Below are positions 1-7,700 of a DNA stretch of 64,000 bases, in pieces. The translations under genes were made by a program, and so were the position numbers. Every line of letters starts with the position of its first letter. Within the stretch, counting starts at the first letter, position 1. A model generated the notes under the pieces. The model was not told the origin of the DNA. It worked only from the letters and a program-made list of their open reading frames with translations, and made no database searches. The stretch spans positions 1,191-65,190 of IMG/VR virus record IMGVR_UViG_3300034122_000625. The stretch is one strand, 5' to 3'. Source of the DNA: a virus (taxonomy: Duplodnaviria > Caudoviricetes).

Positions 1-228
1 CTAATCATCGTTTGTACCGATGAGACCTATGTGTCCGTCTACTTCCTTGGCTTCAGCGTAACTGATGCACTGAAACTTACCTCCGCGTTTGAACTTGTCT
101 GTGTCCTTGCCAAGTACAACAATGTGGGGTTCTTCGCATCCCTCGACGTATGCAAGGTAGATTCGTTTCCACCACAGCATACTGCTGGGTTCACGCACCA
201 GCACTTCCTGTCCTCTTTGAAATTCCAT
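1..228 (-). CDS. hypothetical early protein, 75 aa
   Basis: ORF track; ATG start, lies in the minus-strand small-gene array. Confidence 0.6.
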   Translation of the reverse strand: MEFQRGQEVLVREPSSMLWWKRIYLAYVEGCEEPHIVVLGKDTDKFKRGGKFQCISYAEAKEVDGHIGLIGTNDD

Positions 229-229
229 G

Positions 230-508
230 TCAGATACTTTTGGTTTGGTAGATAGTTACATTCTGCGTCGGAGCATCCTCCATGATGAGGCGGCGAAGGG
301 ACTGCTTCACGAAGTCATTCATCTTCTGTGCCGCCAGTCTTGCATAGGTTGAACGTTGGGTGTACGTTCCGGTTGTCTGAGGAGATGGGAGATACAGGTC
401 AAACCCGTACTCTCGCCTCTCATCCCTTGCTGCTACAATAACCATGTCCATACCATCCATGATGGACTGATAGATGAACTCTTCTTGATTGGGCATTACG
501 AACTTCAT
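230..508 (-). CDS. hypothetical early protein, 92 aa
   Basis: ATG lies 22 nt downstream of the CGTT box of repeat copy 1. Confidence 0.7.
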   Translation of the reverse strand: MKFVMPNQEEFIYQSIMDGMDMVIVAARDERREYGFDLYLPSPQTTGTYTQRSTYARLAAQKMNDFVKQSLRRLIMEDAPTQNVTIYQTKSI

Positions 509-556
509 GTCTGTTGTTGTTTGATAGATTAACGTCTGATGACTTCTGATTATTGC

Positions 557-745
557 CTACTGAGGTGAATTTTCTGGGCCATACTTGATGACAAACCCAT
601 ATTCAAGGTAGTCGTTCTCGCCATGCTCGCCCCATGACTCGTAGTAATGGCCATCGGCAGTGATGATAGTGACGCTGTCCCCACTGACTTCCACCCGCTT
701 GGTGGTGGTATCGAACTTGTGCTGGTCTACGATTTGAAAGTACAT
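557..745 (-). CDS. hypothetical early protein, 62 aa
   Basis: ORF track; its TAG stop abuts repeat copy 1. Confidence 0.65.
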   Translation of the reverse strand: MYFQIVDQHKFDTTTKRVEVSGDSVTIITADGHYYESWGEHGENDYLEYGFVIKYGPENSPQ

Positions 746-751
746 GGCTAA

Positions 752-1033
752 TTAGTTTTGTTGTGAGCAGTCGGGTGAGATATCGAGGATTTTGTTAGGG
801 CTGAAGGTCTCTTGAATCTGTACGTGTGAGCAGACGATGCCGAATGGGAAGTAACCTTGTGATTCGTGCCCGTATGGCAAGGTCTCATAATAGTTTCCAC
901 TGGTGTTTGAGAGTTCAAGCCAGATGGTCTTGTCATGGTCAATCTTTTGGTTGCAACGTTCGCAACGATGGGCTGATGGACTTGCGTCCTGCTTGCTCAA
1001 CTCGATGAGTTGATGCTGAATTTCGTAGTTCAT
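752..1033 (-). CDS. hypothetical early protein with possible Zn-binding cysteines (CERC...GIVC)
   Basis: Start re-called at MNYEIQ, which gives an ATGA overlap with the upstream gene. Confidence 0.6.
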   Translation of the reverse strand: MNYEIQHQLIELSKQDASPSAHRCERCNQKIDHDKTIWLELSNTSGNYYETLPYGHESQGYFPFGIVCSHVQIQETFSPNKILDISPDCSQQN

Positions 1034-1257
1034 TTCAGTAAGTTCTTGTTTTTTACATAGCATCCCCATGACTTTGCTACAGGATTCCCATTGATGGTCT
1101 TCTCATAGATGGCGACGATATCCCCATCGGCAAGGTCTGAGATGTTGTAGTATCCTCCACCACCAAAGATGCTGTGGTTGTAACCACTGACTTGCTGTCC
1201 GCTTGCAAGCATTTCGTTGACTTGCTTCTTGCTCTTGGCTTCTACATAGATTTTCAT
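1030..1257 (-). CDS. hypothetical early protein, 75 aa (MKIYVEAKSKK...)
   Basis: Start re-called at the ATG following repeat copy 2. Confidence 0.7.
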   Translation of the reverse strand: MKIYVEAKSKKQVNEMLASGQQVSGYNHSIFGGGGYYNISDLADGDIVAIYEKTINGNPVAKSWGCYVKNKNLLK

Positions 1258-1297
1258 GGCTCTGTTGTTTGATGTTATAACGTTGATTGATGTCCTA

Positions 1298-1573
1298 TTA
1301 TTGTGCATCCTCTCTCTTTGCTGCAATTTCCTTCCAAATCTTATCCTCTGTGTCTCGAAGAGCATTCAATGTGAACTTGAATGGTTGCACATCGATGACA
1401 TACCCCTTCCTGTTGGTGACCACCAATGTGGTCTTCCATACTTCGTACTTGGTTCCGTCTACGTTCAATACCCAATTCCTGCTACCTTCCGTGTCAAGCG
1501 TGAAGGATACTTGTCTGCGGGTTGCTCGCTTTGAATCAACAAAGTTGAACGGCTTCTGCTGTGTGCTGTACAT
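1298..1573 (-). CDS. hypothetical early protein, 91 aa, ends EDAQ
   Basis: Starts after repeat copy 3; stop lies inside copy 2. Confidence 0.7.
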   Translation of the reverse strand: MYSTQQKPFNFVDSKRATRRQVSFTLDTEGSRNWVLNVDGTKYEVWKTTLVVTNRKGYVIDVQPFKFTLNALRDTEDKIWKEIAAKREDAQ

Positions 1574-1613
1574 GATGCTGTTGTTTGATTGTTTAACGTT
1601 GCTTGATGACTGC

Positions 1614-1808
1614 TTATTGTACTCGCTTCAAAATTTTTCCTTCGTAATTCAGGTAACCTTTCTCAATAAGCATTGTTGCTGTCCTGCCGTAGTGACCTTG
1701 CAGTGACCAAACCAAACCGGAACGAATTAGTCCCGAGAATAGTTCCAATACGTCATTCGCATCTCCTTCGCCTGACTCGTAGGCAATGATTTTGCTTGTC
1801 AATTCCAT
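1614..1808 (-). CDS. small phage protein with WxLQGxYGR motif, 64 aa
   Basis: Start re-called at MELTSK after repeat copy 4; WSLQGHYGRTA resembles a recurring small phage protein family. Confidence 0.7.
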   Translation of the reverse strand: MELTSKIIAYESGEGDANDVLELFSGLIRSGLVWSLQGHYGRTATMLIEKGYLNYEGKILKRVQ

Positions 1809-1848
1809 TGTTCTGTTGTTTGATTGTTTAACGTTGCTTGATGACTGC

Positions 1849-2007
1849 TTATTGTGCGTCTTCGATAAAAACTTCATCACATACCCACTTCTTTGTTCGC
1901 GCCATGTAGGCAATGAAGTTGTCCATGTGCTTCTCGTCGGTGAAGGTCTTGTTCTTGATGCAGACCTTGCGCCCATCGAAGTTCCAGAATTCAATTGTTG
2001 CTCTCAT
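1849..2007 (-). CDS. hypothetical early protein, 52 aa (MRATIEFWNF...FIEDAQ), not in ORF track
   Basis: Hand translation; TAATG coupling upstream, stop inside repeat copy 4. Confidence 0.65.
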   Translation of the reverse strand: MRATIEFWNFDGRKVCIKNKTFTDEKHMDNFIAYMARTKKWVCDEVFIEDAQ

Positions 2008-2267
2008 TAGTTTGCGATGCTTTGGGTGTACAACTGCTCGACATACACATCTCCGTACTCATTGACTGCGACATAACCACCTAATGCAAACCCAATCTCG
2101 TCCATCACTTCGTGCATTTCCTCTGCGTAGTCATCTGATGTTGCATCCAAATCCATCGCGATGATGAATTGATGGAATGTACACAGGATGATGTAGTCGG
2201 TCTGTGCCAGCATCCCTGCAATCGTCTTCACTCGGAAGACCTTGTTGAATCTCTCAATTGTATTCAT
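2007..2267 (-). CDS. hypothetical early protein, 86 aa
   Basis: Starts after repeat copy 5. Confidence 0.65.
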   Translation of the reverse strand: MNTIERFNKVFRVKTIAGMLAQTDYIILCTFHQFIIAMDLDATSDDYAEEMHEVMDEIGFALGGYVAVNEYGDVYVEQLYTQSIAN

Positions 2268-2362
2268 AACTCTGTTGTTTTGTGTTTAACGTCGGTTGGT
2301 TTGTGCTCATTGCGTAGAATGTTTCATGGGCGAATGTTTTTTAGTTTGTTTAACAATCTCAT

Positions 2363-2842
2363 TTACTTAAGGTAGATGCATTCCTGCATCCGGCAGTCAT
2401 AGATGGCTCGCTGCTTGTTCGCAAGGCCCAGCAGGATGGCGGATTCTCGGTCAGGAACGTTCACGCTGACATCTGCAACGACCTTCCCTTTCTCAATCCA
2501 CAATCCAATGTACAGATTCACTTCGGTGTGCCAATAAACCTTTATGATATTTGAATGCATCTCTGCCATCAGACCTTCAACATCGCTCTTCATGTCAGTG
2601 AGTGAGATGAACTTGCTGCTCTCTTGCAATTTCACTCCTGCGTAGTTACCCTTCAGGCTGACCATGTACCCATCTTTGGCCGATGACTCCAAGTATTTCA
2701 AATCGCTTGGGATGTCCGGAGCCAATTCTTTCTTTACATACTTCCAAAGTGGGTCAAAGGCTACCTTCACGCTCGCTCCATTGTAATCCTTCAGTGACTG
2801 CAATGCGTAGTCAACTGCTTCACTCCAATTCATGTTGTTCAT
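2363..2842 (-). CDS. early protein, putative SAM-lyase-like fold
   Basis: GYMVS...IGLW...VADVS...AILLG..NKQRAIYD pattern; ORF is secure, function is inferred. Confidence 0.5.
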   Translation of the reverse strand: MNNMNWSEAVDYALQSLKDYNGASVKVAFDPLWKYVKKELAPDIPSDLKYLESSAKDGYMVSLKGNYAGVKLQESSKFISLTDMKSDVEGLMAEMHSNIIKVYWHTEVNLYIGLWIEKGKVVADVSVNVPDRESAILLGLANKQRAIYDCRMQECIYLK

Positions 2843-2882
2843 GGCTATGTTGTTTGATGTTATAACGTCGGTTGCTGTTCAG

Positions 2883-3107
2883 TTATTGTGCGAATTTGAA
2901 TGCGATGAGATGTTTTAATGCTGAATCTTTGTCCGCATGGATGCTTGTGTGCAGATGGTCTAAGTCATCGTCGTAGATGTTCAACGCGAAGTCAACGTCT
3001 TGGTCTACGATATCGACGATGTATGGCGTTCCATCCTTTGTCGTTACATCGAACAAAATACACCCTGCAATTTGTGCAACTGGTTGAATGCTTGCCGTCT
3101 GATTCAT
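2883..3107 (-). CDS. hypothetical early protein, 74 aa, ends FAQ
   Basis: Start re-called at MNQTAS after repeat copy 7. Confidence 0.65.
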   Translation of the reverse strand: MNQTASIQPVAQIAGCILFDVTTKDGTPYIVDIVDQDVDFALNIYDDDLDHLHTSIHADKDSALKHLIAFKFAQ

Positions 3108-3147
3108 GTTTCTGCTGTTTGATTGTTTAACGTCGGTACTTGCTCTG

Positions 3148-3357
3148 TTATTGTGCATCCTCCCATTCTATGGTGATATTTTTTGTGGGCCTATAGGGAT
3201 AATTTCCTCCCCGATTAGACATCTCCACCATCTCCATTAGTTCGCTGCCGTTGCGAAGATGCAGATAGCCACATGAATAGCGGACAAAGGATGCTGCTGT
3301 GCCGGCGCAATCGAATGTGCCTACGACTCCTGCTGTGGTGCTGACGATGAATTTCAT
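3148..3357 (-). CDS. hypothetical early protein, 69 aa, ends EDAQ
   Basis: Start re-called at MKFIVS after repeat copy 8. Confidence 0.65.
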   Translation of the reverse strand: MKFIVSTTAGVVGTFDCAGTAASFVRYSCGYLHLRNGSELMEMVEMSNRGGNYPYRPTKNITIEWEDAQ

Positions 3358-3397
3358 GATGCTGTTGTTTGATACTATAACGCTGTGCTGTTTCCTG

Positions 3398-3550
3398 TTA
3401 TTGTGCGTCCTTGAAAATATTTTCAATCTCTTTCCGCTGTGCATCCTGATGCGCGGAGATGAAGTGAACTACAACGTATGCGATGGCGATGGTGATGACT
3501 GCTCCTTGGATGCCGAGGATGATGGTGCGGATGAATTCTTTGTTGTTCAT
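3398..3550 (-). CDS. small single-pass membrane protein, 50 aa (MNNKEFIRTIILG...FKDAQ), not in ORF track
   Basis: Hand translation; lies between repeat copies 9 and 8; hydrophobic N-terminal half. Confidence 0.65.
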   Translation of the reverse strand: MNNKEFIRTIILGIQGAVITIAIAYVVVHFISAHQDAQRKEIENIFKDAQ

Positions 3551-3590
3551 GACTCTGTTGTTTGATTGTTTAACGTCGGGTTGTTTCGGT

Positions 3591-3806
3591 TTAGTATGCG
3601 AAGTCGTTGGTCAGGTAGTCAAGTGCCCATCTTTTGTTGTCAAATGGGTAGTGATGGACCGTATCGTCGTTGGCATCGTACACCACTAAACCCCACCACT
3701 TTCCGCATTCCGAATGTTCGAGTTTCGCTGTGAAGGTTGAGCCCCCACATTGGACGATGTACTTGTAGTAGCCGGGGTGCTTGTAAGTGCAGGTGACCTT
3801 GTTCAT
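3591..3806 (-). CDS. hypothetical early protein, 71 aa
   Basis: Start re-called at MNKVTC after an A-rich leader; stop inside repeat copy 9. Confidence 0.65.
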   Translation of the reverse strand: MNKVTCTYKHPGYYKYIVQCGGSTFTAKLEHSECGKWWGLVVYDANDDTVHHYPFDNKRWALDYLTNDFAY

Positions 3807-3862
3807 CTTGTTTTTTGTTTGTGTTTCTATTTGACCCGGTGCTGTGTGCCCCGTTCCTGCAC

Positions 3863-3993
3863 CTATAACGCCATTGCTCATCCTTATTGTATGTCCACAT
3901 GGGAATTAACATCCGTTAACATATGGCCATCCCCAATCAGACATGGCACCCGCGCGTAACGCGCGCGAACGCAGCACGAGGAATATTATTGTG
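3863..3993 (-). promoter_or_regulatory. two variant copies of the early bipartite motif heading the array
   Basis: TACAATAA-N13-CGTTATAG at 3863-3891 and CACAATAA-N14-CGTTC at 3967-3993. Confidence 0.55.
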
Positions 3994-4098
3994 TCTGGGG
4001 AGATTTTTTTTTCTGAGGGTGAAAATGGGGGGGAGACCATCCGAACGTATTGCAATACAAAGGTTTACAATTAACAACACAATATGCATACATCCACT

Positions 4099-4208
4099 TT
4101 CGCAATCCCATGCGAATGACGTGTGGTGGTGGGGTTCACTTTCGCATACGCATTGCGAAGGATGGAGATGCGGATGGCACTATGACATTCGCACCCCCAT
4201 TGCGAATG
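4099..4208. repeat. three palindromic TTCGCA-N6/7-TGCGAA boxes
   Basis: 4099-4116, 4141-4159, 4188-4206. Confidence 0.8.
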
Positions 4209-4346
4209 ATGATAGTGCATGGCCCCCCGGCCCTGCCCAATCGCTGAATGTTGTGGCCAAATCGCCCTGCCTCAGACCCCACGGGGTTCGCCAAGTCCGT
4301 TCCGGATGCGTGTCGGGTACGTCCGTGATTATATACAATCCCCAAC

Positions 4347-4390
4347 CTCTCTATAACTCCACTCTCTATAACTCCACTCTCTATAACTCC
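4347..4390. repeat. 15-bp tandem repeat CTCTCTATAACTCCA x3
   Basis: Read directly; third copy lacks the final A. Confidence 0.9.
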
Positions 4391-4742
4391 CCCCTTTGCG
4401 TTGCGGGAGACTGTTTTTTGTCTCTGGCAAGTATTTTGCGTCCCAAAATTTGTTAATTCGCCCATAAGTTACGGTCAGTATGAGTTAATCTGTTGATTTG
4501 CAGGGGTAAGATTTTTACAGAAGCACTTGACTTTTGACGAAAAAAGTTGTAACTTCGCCATGCTACTGAGCAAGACAGCACCTTAGCTTCGGGGCTTACC
4601 TACGGGCCCCTTTCGCGGTGCTACTCAGATGGGAGTAGAAGCGATGGTAACTCAGTTGTGAAGTGGGCGTAGTGTACCCAAAAAAAAGCATAGTTACGGG
4701 GAAGGGTTACTGGGGTAAAGGGAGGGGGTGATGAATCTGTTG

Positions 4743-4750
4743 TATATTTG
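4743..4750 (+). promoter_or_regulatory. Bacteroidota primary-sigma -7 promoter box TAnnTTTG (first of many)
   Basis: Same box just upstream of plus-strand starts at 8390, 13015, 17179, 21791, 25912, 26138, 32916 and 40048; minus-strand copy at 8260-8267. Confidence 0.75.
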
Positions 4751-4766
4751 CCCATACCTCCTACAG

Positions 4767-4904
4767 ATGATTATCAAGAGCAAGGGTCAGTGGCAGGTGC
4801 GGTCGAGGGCTGGGAAGCTCTTGGGCACCCACGAGAGTCGAGAGAAGGCCTCCCGACAGCTGGCTGCTATAGAGGCATCGAAAGCAAGGAGGGGAGAGAA
4901 GTAA
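4767..4904 (+). CDS. small basic phage protein, 45 aa (MIIKSKGQWQVRS...LGTHESREKASRQLAAIE)
   Basis: Hand translation; follows the promoter at 4743. Confidence 0.65.
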   Translation: MIIKSKGQWQVRSRAGKLLGTHESREKASRQLAAIEASKARRGEK

Positions 4905-4905
4905 C

Positions 4906-5103
4906 ATGAAAGCAGTAAGACAACAGACTGACCCACCAAAGTCAAAGAAGAAGAGGTACAGCGACGATGATTTGATTCTGTTCGCTACAAGGGCACCGCG
5001 CAAGCCATCTGAGTACGGACCTATAATTCGTGGGAAGTTGAATGACAATAAACTGTTGGTGGCTGACTATGAGGCCTACCTGAAGTCAAAGGGCAAGCAA
5101 TAA
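4906..5103 (+). CDS. hypothetical basic protein, 65 aa
   Basis: ORF track; coupled to neighbours. Confidence 0.6.
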   Translation: MKAVRQQTDPPKSKKKRYSDDDLILFATRAPRKPSEYGPIIRGKLNDNKLLVADYEAYLKSKGKQ

Positions 5104-5549
5104 TGGCTGTACTCACAACAACGATTACGGAGGACGTATTCATCAATGGGGCTCAGAGAGGCTCCACGAGTATACTGACGGTTACTGGGGTGAACGAGGT
5201 GCTGCACAGGCTCATCAGTGTACCTCTGAGTGGATTGGGGTATACGACACTCATGACTACAGATACGCTTGGGGGTGGGTCCACGGTTATCCCCGCCAGC
5301 TTCAAGTACCTGAGGGTCACCAACTCCTCTTCAGACGACGTAACAGCCTCCCTGTACCTGAAGGTTCAGACGGCTAATAGCGAGGCTGTCTTTACGTTGG
5401 ATAACGGTGAGTCCTTTGTACTGACGAATAAGGATGTGTACGCAGGGACAGGGGTGGACCAAGCCTTCAGTTTTGCCAACCTCAAGTCCATAAAAGCAGG
5501 GGCTACAGGGGCTGCCTGCCTGACAGAAGTATTTTTAGCAACAGCATAA
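5103..5549 (+). CDS. putative virion decoration/structural beta-sandwich protein
   Basis: Thr/Ser/Gly-rich; KYLRVTN motif; resembles the proteins at 26160 and 26561. Confidence 0.55.
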   Translation: MAVLTTTITEDVFINGAQRGSTSILTVTGVNEVLHRLISVPLSGLGYTTLMTTDTLGGGSTVIPASFKYLRVTNSSSDDVTASLYLKVQTANSEAVFTLDNGESFVLTNKDVYAGTGVDQAFSFANLKSIKAGATGAACLTEVFLATA

Positions 5550-5556
5550 CAAACAT

Positions 5557-6645
5557 ATGAGAACGATTAAGAGTTACATGAAAGGTGGTAGAATGTACCA
5601 GCAGGGTGGTGGAGTCACCGGACCATACCAAGAGACGGTAAGAACCATCTCTACTGGCTTCCCATTGGGGAATGATGGTATGATTCAAGCTGTATCCCCA
5701 GACAAGATAGATGCATACAACATCTCCCTCCCTAAGTCTGGGAGGTTGGATGACTTGCCTCCTGAAGAGCAGCAGATGTTGCGTCAGACACCCTTCGGGA
5801 AAAGATATCTCAGTGGAGATGGCAGCTTGGATAGCCAGTACAATGCTTGGACAAGAATGGTAAATGAAGCGTTAGATAGAGAACCGGCTCAAGCGCTATC
5901 TGTCCTTGACGAACTCGTAAACTCTGGGGCTGAGAACTTCCAGTTCCTTAGGGACATGGACCCAGATGCTCGGCTTGCAGCAGCAAGACAGCTTATGACG
6001 GACAGATACATTGGGGACTGGCATGGCGCCATACAGTTCGGTGAGGAGTCACGTCCAACAACTCGTATGTACGACGCAAATAGACCCGTCACCGCTGCTG
6101 GGTTTAGGTCTTTTGGTGAGTTGCCTGTAGTTGTTACAGGACTTGGTGGTGAGACGCTTCCTGAGGGCGCCATACCAAACGCTATTATGGCGTCTGAAAG
6201 GATGGGTATAGACATCACCCAAGACACACCAGAGTCTCGTCAATTCATCTCAGAGTTTATGGCCAGAGAAGGAAGTCAAGACAGAGGGGCCACCTATGAA
6301 GGCATAGACAATCAGTTCTTCATCAACCAAGCGAAAGAACAGTTTGAGAACAGGATGCAAAATCGGGCCAGTGACGCCAAAGCCAGAGCTATGGAGGAAC
6401 TGCTCAGAAGACAGCAGTCGCGTAATTATGAGAAAGGCGGCAAGCCTAAAAGGCCAACTGGTGTTGACGTAGAGGGTCTTAGGGCTCAAGCTGCTCGCTC
6501 AACAGACAACGTAAACCCATTCAGAGCTGTACACAGGGGATACAACAATCAGGGCGACAAGATGTACGACGTAAGGTACAGCCCGCTCTTGAATGCGTTG
6601 AGAAGCTCTATGGGTAAGAACGAGCGATTCAAGGTTCAGATGTAA
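5557..6645 (+). CDS. hypothetical protein, possibly internal virion protein (YxxGG motifs)
   Basis: 362-aa ORF with YMKGG, YQQGG and YEKGG. Confidence 0.6.
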   Translation: MRTIKSYMKGGRMYQQGGGVTGPYQETVRTISTGFPLGNDGMIQAVSPDKIDAYNISLPKSGRLDDLPPEEQQMLRQTPFGKRYLSGDGSLDSQYNAWTRMVNEALDREPAQALSVLDELVNSGAENFQFLRDMDPDARLAAARQLMTDRYIGDWHGAIQFGEESRPTTRMYDANRPVTAAGFRSFGELPVVVTGLGGETLPEGAIPNAIMASERMGIDITQDTPESRQFISEFMAREGSQDRGATYEGIDNQFFINQAKEQFENRMQNRASDAKARAMEELLRRQQSRNYEKGGKPKRPTGVDVEGLRAQAARSTDNVNPFRAVHRGYNNQGDKMYDVRYSPLLNALRSSMGKNERFKVQM

Positions 6646-7146
6646 TTAGTGCCACCCGACGCGGTACTTGCCGCTGAGCTCGTTTTTCGTTGTGGGGCTG
6701 TACACTTTCTGAGAAGTACCCATAAGGTTGGCGGTAGCAAACAGGTAGACCGTTTTTCCATCCGAAAAGCAGAACTTGTTCAAGTTGGCCATTTGGTATG
6801 CGAGGAGCTTGCCTGTGAACTTGTTACGCAACTCGAAATGGTAGATGCCAAGCCCGTCCAACAAGAAGACTCCGTAGAAGGTGCCATCTGACGGTGCAGC
6901 CACATGACGCAATGAGTCCTTAGATGCTTGGATGAAGGCGTCGTCGATACCGCACCGCACAGCTCTCTCTTCAAAAGACTTCCAGTCATATCGACCGTTG
7001 TCCACCCACACTTCCCATACAAGCGAGTCGTTGTATACGGACGAGTGCCAAGGGTTGTGAGGCAGGTTTACACAGATTTCAAATTTCATCTGAGCTTGAA
7101 CGTGGGTTGCTGAGATGAGGGAGACGGCTACAAGGAACTTCTTCAT
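6646..7146 (-). CDS. exported protein with Sec signal peptide; antisense moron-like gene
   Basis: MKKFLVAVSLISATHVQA-Q signal; has its own copy of the early motif at 7147-7193. Confidence 0.7.
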   Translation of the reverse strand: MKKFLVAVSLISATHVQAQMKFEICVNLPHNPWHSSVYNDSLVWEVWVDNGRYDWKSFEERAVRCGIDDAFIQASKDSLRHVAAPSDGTFYGVFLLDGLGIYHFELRNKFTGKLLAYQMANLNKFCFSDGKTVYLFATANLMGTSQKVYSPTTKNELSGKYRVGWH

Positions 7147-7193
7147 GTGTGTGGTGTTTGACTCTATAACGCAGAATTTCGTAAATTATTGTG
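7147..7193 (-). promoter_or_regulatory. dispersed copy of early bipartite motif
   Basis: CACAATAA-N14-CGTTATAGAGTCAAACACC; 21 nt from CGTT to ATG. Confidence 0.75.
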
Positions 7194-7229
7194 TGTGTAT
7201 GCTATTTTAGTCGAAAATTTTTTTCATCC

Positions 7230-7700
7230 ATGAACATAAGCAAGAACTTGACGCTCGCAGAAGTCACTAAGTCTCAGACAGCCAGTAGGTTAGGTATTAG
7301 CAATACCCCCGGTAAGGAGGAACTTGAGAGTCTGAAGCTGGTGGCAGAGAAGGTGTTCCAGCCTGTGCGCGAACACTTCAAGGTCCCCATAGCCGTCACC
7401 TCTGGCTACCGCTCCCCAGCCTTGAACAAGGCCATAGGTGGGGCCAAGCGCTCGGAGCACATGATGGGGAGGGCACTCGACCTCGACGCGGATATCCACG
7501 GAGGGGTGACCAACAAGCAGATATTTGAGTTCGTAAGGGACAACCTCACCTTCAACCAACTGATTTGGGAGTTCGGTGATGACGACTCCCCGGACTGGGT
7601 GCACATCTCCTACTCCCCCACAGCAAACAGAGGGGAGGTGCTTCGTGCTGAGAAAGTAGGCAATAAGACAGTCTACACCCTGTTCCCCAAGAGGAAGTAG
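7230..7700 (+). CDS. endolysin, peptidase M15A family
   Basis: SGYRS..LN..IGG...SEH..GRALD...WVHIS motifs. Confidence 0.9.
   Translation: MNISKNLTLAEVTKSQTASRLGISNTPGKEELESLKLVAEKVFQPVREHFKVPIAVTSGYRSPALNKAIGGAKRSEHMMGRALDLDADIHGGVTNKQIFEFVRDNLTFNQLIWEFGDDDSPDWVHISYSPTANRGEVLRAEKVGNKTVYTLFPKRK

Larger units (their letters stand above)
509..3599 (-). promoter_or_regulatory. nine copies of a bipartite intergenic repeat, CACAATAA-N15-CGTTAWA...ATCAAACAACAG (putative early promoter plus leader)
   Basis: Copies at about 509-556, 1258-1309, 1574-1622, 1809-1860, 2268-2314, 2843-2891, 3108-3159, 3358-3409 and 3551-3599; constant 15-nt spacer; 20-22 nt from CGTT to ATG. Confidence 0.85.

Noticed and set aside
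509-3599. Early repeat array as a CRISPR array
   Set aside because: Inter-repeat segments are 150-700 bp intact genes, repeats are internally variable, and no cas genes are present.
509-3599. Early repeat as integron attC or Xer dif/pdif sites (TAA...GTTAAAC resemblance)
   Set aside because: Only about 15 nt between boxes with no attC hairpin. The dif-like arms would be 12 bp apart rather than 6-8 and lack the inner TTAT. No tyrosine recombinase in the window.
3923-4465. ORFs 3923-4456(+) and 4136-4465(-)
   Set aside because: They overlap each other across repeats and palindromes with implausible composition; better explained as non-coding.
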